IMG/VR virus record: IMGVR_UViG_3300049913_000012
Direction: 5' to 3' (one strand)
Length of the DNA: 20,000 nucleotides
DNA from: an uncultured virus (IMG/VR IMGVR_UViG_3300049913_000012)
Taxonomy: Duplodnaviria > Heunggongvirae > Uroviricota > Caudoviricetes
This document shows, one piece after another, positions 14,677 through 20,000 of this stretch. Made by a program: the position numbers and the translations under genes. The notes below the pieces were generated by a model. The model ran no database searches, was not told where the DNA came from, and saw only the letters and a program-made list of their open reading frames with translations. Each line of letters opens with the position of its first letter. Within the stretch, counting starts at the first letter, position 1.

Positions 14677-15557
14677 TAATCCAAGTCGATAGGATTAGCA
14701 ACCACATCTACATCTGCTAGTGTAGAAGTGGAGCCATTGAACCGTATTCTACAGTGGCTAATAGCAGTATCTCTACTACCTACCACCACAACATCACGAT
14801 AGTTATCCAAGATACGACCTGTGTCATCCTTAGCATTGGTAAGGATTATTCCTACATCCATGTCTCTCTCTAACGCACCAGTACCAAGGAAACTATTGGC
14901 GTCTACGATCTGACCTCTAATACTCTGTCTATTTAGCTGAGCAGCCAGGAAGACTAACATTGGTTTCTTTCTGCTAATAGACATCCGTTTGAAGCAATGA
15001 GACAAATCCTCCAGTGACTCATTTCTCTGTCTCCCTACTGGATGTTCCATAAGCTGAAAGTAATCTACGAATATTACTCTTATATCTATACCAGCCTCCT
15101 TCTCGATCTGGTCTAGGGTAGTTCCAATATGTTTGATAGTAGAGAAACCATAGTTCCACCATCCTTGAAATTGTGCAATCTCTTTCTCGGCAGTGTCAAT
15201 CTCATGCCAGTCAAGATCATCCAGAGCAATACGTCTCACCCTATTCTTGTCTACTCCTGAGAGTGAGCATACGATCCTGGTAGCCATAGCCATGTTAGTC
15301 ATTTCTCCACTGAAGTATAAGAATGGCTCATGTCTTTTCCCAAAGGCCTGAGCAGTGCATTGCAGAAGTGTAGATTTTCCTATCTTCTGAGCGCCACCAT
15401 AGATTATCATTTGCCCATACTCAATTCCCCCTCCCAAGATATGATCCAGGCCACGTAAGCCAGTAGAACGTAGTTTGTAGAGTTCTGGATTAGCCTCTCT
15501 GTCACGCTGATAGACTTTCCAGTGCTCAATGAGTGTCTTACTATTTATGGTTTCCAT
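14667..15557 (-). CDS. DnaB-like replicative helicase (C-terminal ATPase domain only)
   Basis: STGLRGLDHILGGG, Walker A GAQKIGKS, YFSGEM, IFVDYFQLM, AAQLNR, GALERDMD. Confidence 0.9.
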   Translation of the reverse strand: METINSKTLIEHWKVYQRDREANPELYKLRSTGLRGLDHILGGGIEYGQMIIYGGAQKIGKSTLLQCTAQAFGKRHEPFLYFSGEMTNMAMATRIVCSLSGVDKNRVRRIALDDLDWHEIDTAEKEIAQFQGWWNYGFSTIKHIGTTLDQIEKEAGIDIRVIFVDYFQLMEHPVGRQRNESLEDLSHCFKRMSISRKKPMLVFLAAQLNRQSIRGQIVDANSFLGTGALERDMDVGIILTNAKDDTGRILDNYRDVVVVGSRDTAISHCRIRFNGSTSTLADVDVVANPIDLDYWK

Positions 15558-16344
15558 TATGTCGCCTCCAGCTTGCTACGTCTTCCAGAACAATAAGCTT
15601 CCCGATCTTGTTGTCTAGTATCCTGTCAGCGATCCTTGGGTCTGTCTCATAGAGCTCGGACTTATCAAGGTTGCTGGTAACAATGGTGATGTACTCTGTG
15701 GGTCTGCGGTATCTGAAGTCAAACACACGCCTGATTAATGCTCTGATATAGTCTTTGCCATACTCAAGACCAAAATCATCGTAGAGCAAGATTGGTGCTT
15801 GGCTGATAACATCCAGCATATCTTCCAGGCTATACTCAGCTACTCCCTTAGTCGCTCTGAATGACTTAGCCTCGAAGTCAGCCGAGGTTATATACAAAGA
15901 CCAGGGATTGAGCTTCTTGTCTAAGGCAGACAGAACATGAGATTTACCAGAGCCAGGATCACCAAGGATAGTTATCCACTTGCTAGGCCACATAAACCAG
16001 TCACCAATATAATCCTGTAACTGGACTAAACTATCCTGAGATGTTGTGTTACCCCATACCTGAAAGTTCTCAAGCGTAGCATCTGCATTAGCAATACTTC
16101 GATACTCAGAGTGTTGGATTTTGAGAGTCTTAGTTCGCTGTTCTACAACACAAAGACACCACATCAAGCCATACTGCTCAGTAGTAATCTCTTTCCAACC
16201 TCCACAGAGACTACAAACACCGTTTACGTATGTTGTTTCCATTGGCACATGCTTACTAGCACACCAACCTCTCCATGCTAAATAACTCTCAGTCATAGAC
16301 GGTATGCTGTTACCATCTGCGTCAAGAATTGTCGCTAGTTTCAT
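15541..16344 (-). CDS. DnaC/IstB-like AAA+ ATPase (helicase loader)
   Basis: N-terminal Cys cluster, TLENF, Walker A GDPGSGKSH, Walker B LLYDDFGLE, TIVTSNL, RIADRI. Confidence 0.9.
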   Translation of the reverse strand: MKLATILDADGNSIPSMTESYLAWRGWCASKHVPMETTYVNGVCSLCGGWKEITTEQYGLMWCLCVVEQRTKTLKIQHSEYRSIANADATLENFQVWGNTTSQDSLVQLQDYIGDWFMWPSKWITILGDPGSGKSHVLSALDKKLNPWSLYITSADFEAKSFRATKGVAEYSLEDMLDVISQAPILLYDDFGLEYGKDYIRALIRRVFDFRYRRPTEYITIVTSNLDKSELYETDPRIADRILDNKIGKLIVLEDVASWRRHNGNHK

Positions 16345-16729
16345 AGCCTTCTCCTTTCTGAAATCTAGGTTTGTTTTTCTTGTCTCCCTTTACTCTATCA
16401 TAGAACTCAAACCTCCTCTCTTTGTTATTGAGGAGAGTCATCAAGCCTTTTAGCTGTATCATTTTACCGTGTTCTCGCATACGAGTAGCTATACCACAAC
16501 ATTCCTCAATCCATGAGACATCGGATTGATGAACCATATCAGAAGCTATTCGTAACTCTAATACAAGACTCTTCATAGCTCTAGACTCTGACTCACTCTT
16601 GTAGAACTTCCTCCCTACTGCTCTAAGGATCATAGACTCAAGGTTATTCCTTGGTCTAGACCACTTAGGTCTTTTCTTGAAGTTATACTCATCCTCAAAC
16701 GGATCCTCAGACGTGTATCTAGGTTCCAT
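16322..16729 (-). CDS. Hypothetical protein (in the position of a replication initiator partner)
   Basis: 135-aa ORF directly upstream of the DnaC-like gene with a GGAGGAGG RBS; function inferred only from position. Confidence 0.65.
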   Translation of the reverse strand: MEPRYTSEDPFEDEYNFKKRPKWSRPRNNLESMILRAVGRKFYKSESESRAMKSLVLELRIASDMVHQSDVSWIEECCGIATRMREHGKMIQLKGLMTLLNNKERRFEFYDRVKGDKKNKPRFQKGEGYETSDNS

Positions 16730-17078
16730 GTTCCTCCTCCCGCACTATACTTTGTACGCCTTTGTCAAGCGCAGTCGCTTCTTTGATAAAGTCCTTTCGT
16801 TTGTGTCCCTTTAGATAGAGTCCGTTGTATATTCTTCCTATAGTGAGCACGTCCCACAGTGCTATTGTAAGTAACTTTTCAAAAGCGTCCTTGCTAAACG
16901 TAACTTTGGCTATAACTTTGTGCTTGATAGCCTTGCTCTCCTCAAGCCGAGCGAAGTTTCTATCTGTGAACTCTATTATCTGGGCTACCTCTGGGGGTAG
17001 GTCATAGGTCTTGAGTATGGCAGCTAGAGTGCGAATGCACTCTAGCGCCAGCTTCACAATCTCATTCTCCGCTGTCAT
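16719..17078 (-). CDS. Hypothetical protein
   Basis: 119-aa ORF overlapping its neighbours. Confidence 0.65.
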   Translation of the reverse strand: MTAENEIVKLALECIRTLAAILKTYDLPPEVAQIIEFTDRNFARLEESKAIKHKVIAKVTFSKDAFEKLLTIALWDVLTIGRIYNGLYLKGHKRKDFIKEATALDKGVQSIVREEEHGT

Positions 17079-17637
17079 GGAAGGCTTTGAAGAAGTCGAT
17101 CATGATACGGATTTGCTGTAAATCCAATACGATCAACTCACGCTCGTCAGACAGCTTCTGAGCCTTGAGGTTAGCATCTTTGACTGCCCGAACAACATTG
17201 GGATAGGCACGAGTGACCTGGGCTTCACGCTCAGTATCATTTTTCCCCCACTTAAAATCGGGGTCGTCTTCCATCTTGGCCCTGGCTTCATCAACAGCCA
17301 TCTTAGCCATAGTGATCTCGACCTGTGCAGTTTGTAGCTTCTGCACTGTTTCTCGCATGCGAGAAAAGGTCTTGTCGATAGCTTCTGGAGTGATCCAAGT
17401 TGTGATTTTACTGTCCATAAATTTCCTCTCTTTCCATAGTATGACTCCCTCTGCAAGCATTAGCTCTTGAAAGGGATTGATTTCCTGTCCTTCGGTTGCG
17501 TGCATCATAGCCAAGAAATACTCGGTCTTGGTCACAGTAGACAGGTCTTTATAGGCTGGCATGCTCTCACAAATAGCATGAACGTCAGCCATATCGAGTG
17601 CTCTGAGCTCACTGTCAGTTAGATACATGACTCTCAT
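17062..17637 (-). CDS. Hypothetical coiled-coil protein
   Basis: 191-aa ORF with a helical C-half containing GKN..EREAQ; ATGA overlap. Confidence 0.75.
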   Translation of the reverse strand: MRVMYLTDSELRALDMADVHAICESMPAYKDLSTVTKTEYFLAMMHATEGQEINPFQELMLAEGVILWKERKFMDSKITTWITPEAIDKTFSRMRETVQKLQTAQVEITMAKMAVDEARAKMEDDPDFKWGKNDTEREAQVTRAYPNVVRAVKDANLKAQKLSDERELIVLDLQQIRIMIDFFKAFHDSGE

Positions 17638-18020
17638 GTGTCACCTCCTCTATTCTTTCTCGCCCACATTAGGAAGTGGGTGATACCACCCTCCTCGCAT
17701 TTCCACCCTGGCATGTGATATATTCTAGACCACCAGCCCATCATGGGTTTATTCTTTTGACCACAAGTAGGGCAGAACTCAGGCCCATATTGCTCATCGG
17801 CTAGTGCTGCTCGTCTCGCTTGTTCTACAGGGGAAGCAGCAAACTCCGCTGCTTCTACCCTGCATAAATATTCTGAATACTTTATGTCGTTCTCAGGATT
17901 GTACTTACCGAACTTCTCCCTAAGAAGTTGTTTGATTTTAGCTTCATCCCAAGACTTGAAGTGCGCTATCATCTTGGACATGAAGACAGTAAAGCTTGCC
18001 TCCTTGCCATTCGTAGCCAT
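17634..18020 (-). CDS. Hypothetical protein with C-terminal zinc-ribbon-like motif
   Basis: CPTCG...WKC....H; GGAGG RBS. Confidence 0.7.
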   Translation of the reverse strand: MATNGKEASFTVFMSKMIAHFKSWDEAKIKQLLREKFGKYNPENDIKYSEYLCRVEAAEFAASPVEQARRAALADEQYGPEFCPTCGQKNKPMMGWWSRIYHMPGWKCEEGGITHFLMWARKNRGGDT

Positions 18021-18021
18021 A

Positions 18022-18783
18022 TTATCCCTCCAGTGGAACTTGAGTTTCTAGACCCTTCGCTTTCTGATACACTGCTTCGTACGCTTCATAGAAACGATCA
18101 AGCAGAGTATCCTTGGTGATGTCGAGGCTCTTGAGAATTTCAATGATAGCCTCTCTAGTTAGACCTTGGTTCCTACCGAATGCAAGCAGCGCATTCCAGG
18201 CATCCAGTGGTGTCATAGTATTGTCTGCTTGCTTCAACTCAGAACCGATATTGAATGCACGCTCCATGCACTTGACCAATCCACGAGAAACGCTGGACGC
18301 AACCCGATCAGCAGTAGACATCGTAAACTCTGGCTTGCCAAGGGCGTCTAGAACTACAGCACCCTTGTCTTTCTTGAAATAGGACTCAAATGCACCTACT
18401 TCAGTGATGACACGAGTTTTGTAGATAGGCTCACCAGTTTGCTTATTGATCGTGACTGGAATATGAACAGACATTTTGGTGATGCTTGAAACACTACCAT
18501 CTTCATGAACCTGATAGGTAATCACCTCGAAGTCCCAATTCCACCTGAATGCTTCATTCATCAGGCGCTGAGCATAAGTATGATTGACATACTTCACAGG
18601 TTTAGGATAGCCAGGGCGCTCTAGAAGATGCTCAGGTGGTACTTGACCAGTGGTGAGCACATTCCATGCCTGGACGGTCTTAGCTGTGATTGTGCCAGTC
18701 AATTTAGCTAGACGGTCTAGCAGATCAATTTCTTTTGATTCAATGGGGACAATACTAGTATTACTTTTTGTAGATTTAGCCAT
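18022..18783 (-). CDS. Rad52/22-family (Sak-like) single-strand annealing protein
   Basis: ERPG.....KYVNH.Y..RLMNEAF..NWDFEV...S..L.KC.....IG.EL matches the Rad52 pattern; AGGAGGTG RBS. Confidence 0.8.
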   Translation of the reverse strand: MAKSTKSNTSIVPIESKEIDLLDRLAKLTGTITAKTVQAWNVLTTGQVPPEHLLERPGYPKPVKYVNHTYAQRLMNEAFRWNWDFEVITYQVHEDGSVSSITKMSVHIPVTINKQTGEPIYKTRVITEVGAFESYFKKDKGAVVLDALGKPEFTMSTADRVASSVSRGLVKCMERAFNIGSELKQADNTMTPLDAWNALLAFGRNQGLTREAIIEILKSLDITKDTLLDRFYEAYEAVYQKAKGLETQVPLEG

Positions 18784-18807
18784 GTTTCACCTCCTAAGTG
18801 TTGGCTG

Positions 18808-18836
18808 AGTATAATTGAAAACCTTTACAACGTCAA
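18808..18836 (-). promoter_or_regulatory. Sigma70-type promoter for the recombination/replication operon
   Basis: TTGACG (18836-18831), 17-nt spacer, TATACT (18813-18808), in the intergenic gap upstream of the Rad52-like gene. Confidence 0.8.
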
Positions 18837-18860
18837 GAGTCTGGATACTTATGTCTCGGA

Positions 18861-19091
18861 TTACCTCCGTTTCTCTGGTTTTGGTTGAGGATTGAAGCGC
18901 CTTGCTAGTAACTCTGCTGCCTTAGGTGGCTTGAACTCAAAGGTAGTAGTATTACCAGTCACACTGTCCTCGATTTTACCTGTATAGCCTTGTTTTGCTA
19001 GCCATTCAGCCAGTTTATCTTCCAGACGCTCAGCTTCCTCCGATATTATTGTGCCTTCAATCTCGATAGTGAGTATAGATTTAGTCTCCAT
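18861..19091 (-). CDS. Hypothetical protein
   Basis: 76-aa ORF with an RBS-like sequence upstream. Confidence 0.65.
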   Translation of the reverse strand: METKSILTIEIEGTIISEEAERLEDKLAEWLAKQGYTGKIEDSVTGNTTTFEFKPPKAAELLARRFNPQPKPEKRR

Positions 19092-19275
19092 TATCCTTGG
19101 CCTCCTTTACTTTGTCCCGCTTTACATAAACATATAGCCGACCATTCTCGATCTTAGCAAATGGCTCAGCAGTTCTACCATTCCAGAAGGTTCGTACCTC
19201 TAACCCTTCTGGGATTGGTACTGATACTTTTCCATATTGCTTGAGTCTGCCTTCATCATACCAATGTATTTTCAT
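19081..19275 (-). CDS. Hypothetical protein
   Basis: 64-aa ORF with a GGAGGTG RBS. Confidence 0.65.
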   Translation of the reverse strand: MKIHWYDEGRLKQYGKVSVPIPEGLEVRTFWNGRTAEPFAKIENGRLYVYVKRDKVKEAKDNGD

Positions 19276-19615
19276 TATTCACCTCCGCTTGTGAATGCCA
19301 GTATCCATCAGTTAGCATCTCTAATCCTTTTACTTTACCAGCTAGAATCTCTTCTAGGTGCTGTTTCCAGGCTGTCCAGAATTTGTTTTTCTGCTCATAG
19401 AACTCAGGATCATAGGCTGCATTGGGGTCTGGCTCATCATAGTTGGGGCCATAAGGAAACTCATCTAGTGCCATCATGAAGGCTAGACTTTTAGCTGCTG
19501 CTCGTCTACTATCCTTGTAGACATAGCGGTACTTGCTCTTGGAGAACTTGCTGTCCACTTCGTACCTGATTACCCACTGGCGAACTTGCCTTGTTGTTAC
19601 TCTTACCTTTTCCAT
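19256..19615 (-). CDS. Hypothetical protein
   Basis: ORF track 19256..19681; the likely start is ATG 19615 (MEKVRV) behind AAGGAGG. Confidence 0.65.
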   Translation of the reverse strand: MEKVRVTTRQVRQWVIRYEVDSKFSKSKYRYVYKDSRRAAAKSLAFMMALDEFPYGPNYDEPDPNAAYDPEFYEQKNKFWTAWKQHLEEILAGKVKGLEMLTDGYWHSQAEVNNENTLV

Positions 19616-19787
19616 GATCGGCCTCCTTCCATTCAAGTGTTGTCCATTCTTCGCAGTTATTGCAATAGCATTCATCAGCATCGCCAGCCTCAGACCAGCC
19701 AGCGAATCTATGCGTGTTGATGTTTACCATCGCCATAGCCTCAAGGTCTTTCGATCCACACTCACGACATACTGCTATTTGTGTCAT
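19509..19787 (-). CDS. Small zinc-ribbon protein
   Basis: Likely start ATG 19787 (MTQIAVCRECGS...YCNNC) behind AAGGAGG; two CxxC motifs. Confidence 0.6.
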   Translation of the reverse strand: MTQIAVCRECGSKDLEAMAMVNINTHRFAGWSEAGDADECYCNNCEEWTTLEWKEADHGKGKSNNKASSPVGNQVRSGQQVLQEQVPLCLQG

Positions 19788-19956
19788 CTTGTTCCTCCTT
19801 TTCCTCCCTGCGGAGTAGTGCCAGGATATGTTTAGCTCTGGTTTCACCATCTTCATGCTGATCGAAATTTGAGCAGACACAATACTCTGAGTTGCTCTTG
19901 TCAACAATCCATGTATCTAAATCGAATTGATATACATTATATTTTGTCTTTGTCAT
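19762..19956 (-). CDS. Hypothetical protein
   Basis: 64-aa ORF with an AAGGA RBS. Confidence 0.55.
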   Translation of the reverse strand: MTKTKYNVYQFDLDTWIVDKSNSEYCVCSNFDQHEDGETRAKHILALLRREEKEEQDDTNSSMS

Positions 19957-20000
19957 AACTATTTTCCTTTCTTTGGACTCGTTAGCACAAAGGTATTATC

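Noticed and set aside
1633..19835. Remaining short plus-strand ORFs in the track
   Set aside because: All lie antisense to well-supported minus-strand genes and lack recognisable motifs.

Overview
This window is a bacteriophage or prophage segment with densely packed, often ATGA-overlapping genes, all on the minus strand and in the standard genetic code. A Pro/Thr-rich sortase-like protein hints at a Chloroflexota-like host (inference). In transcription order (right to left) it carries small early ORFs, a sigma70-type promoter, and a recombination/replication block (Rad52/Sak-like annealase, DnaC/IstB-like ATPase, DnaB-like helicase, MmcB-like nuclease). Next come a methyltransferase-fold protein, a MazG-like protein, a LexA-type HTH, an HNH-like protein and a HExxH protein. 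The standout locus follows: a stand-alone RAMP/Cas7-like gene (8232-8843), a coupled 104-aa ORF, and a ~550-nt non-coding array (7368-7914). The array has 96 in-register 5-nt units (NN-DGY on the transcribed strand), split into 64-89-nt blocks by a conserved CTATGGWAY anchor. It looks like a minimal RNA-guided system using a non-contiguous dinucleotide code rather than a CRISPR array. The array runs directly into tRNA-Arg(TCT), tRNA-Ser(GCT) and an unidentified structured RNA. The left part holds two GT-B glycosyltransferases, a small GG-ending protein with its partner, a GH25 endolysin with a candidate holin, a structured intergenic region, the sortase-like protein and the start of a probable GT2 glycosyltransferase.
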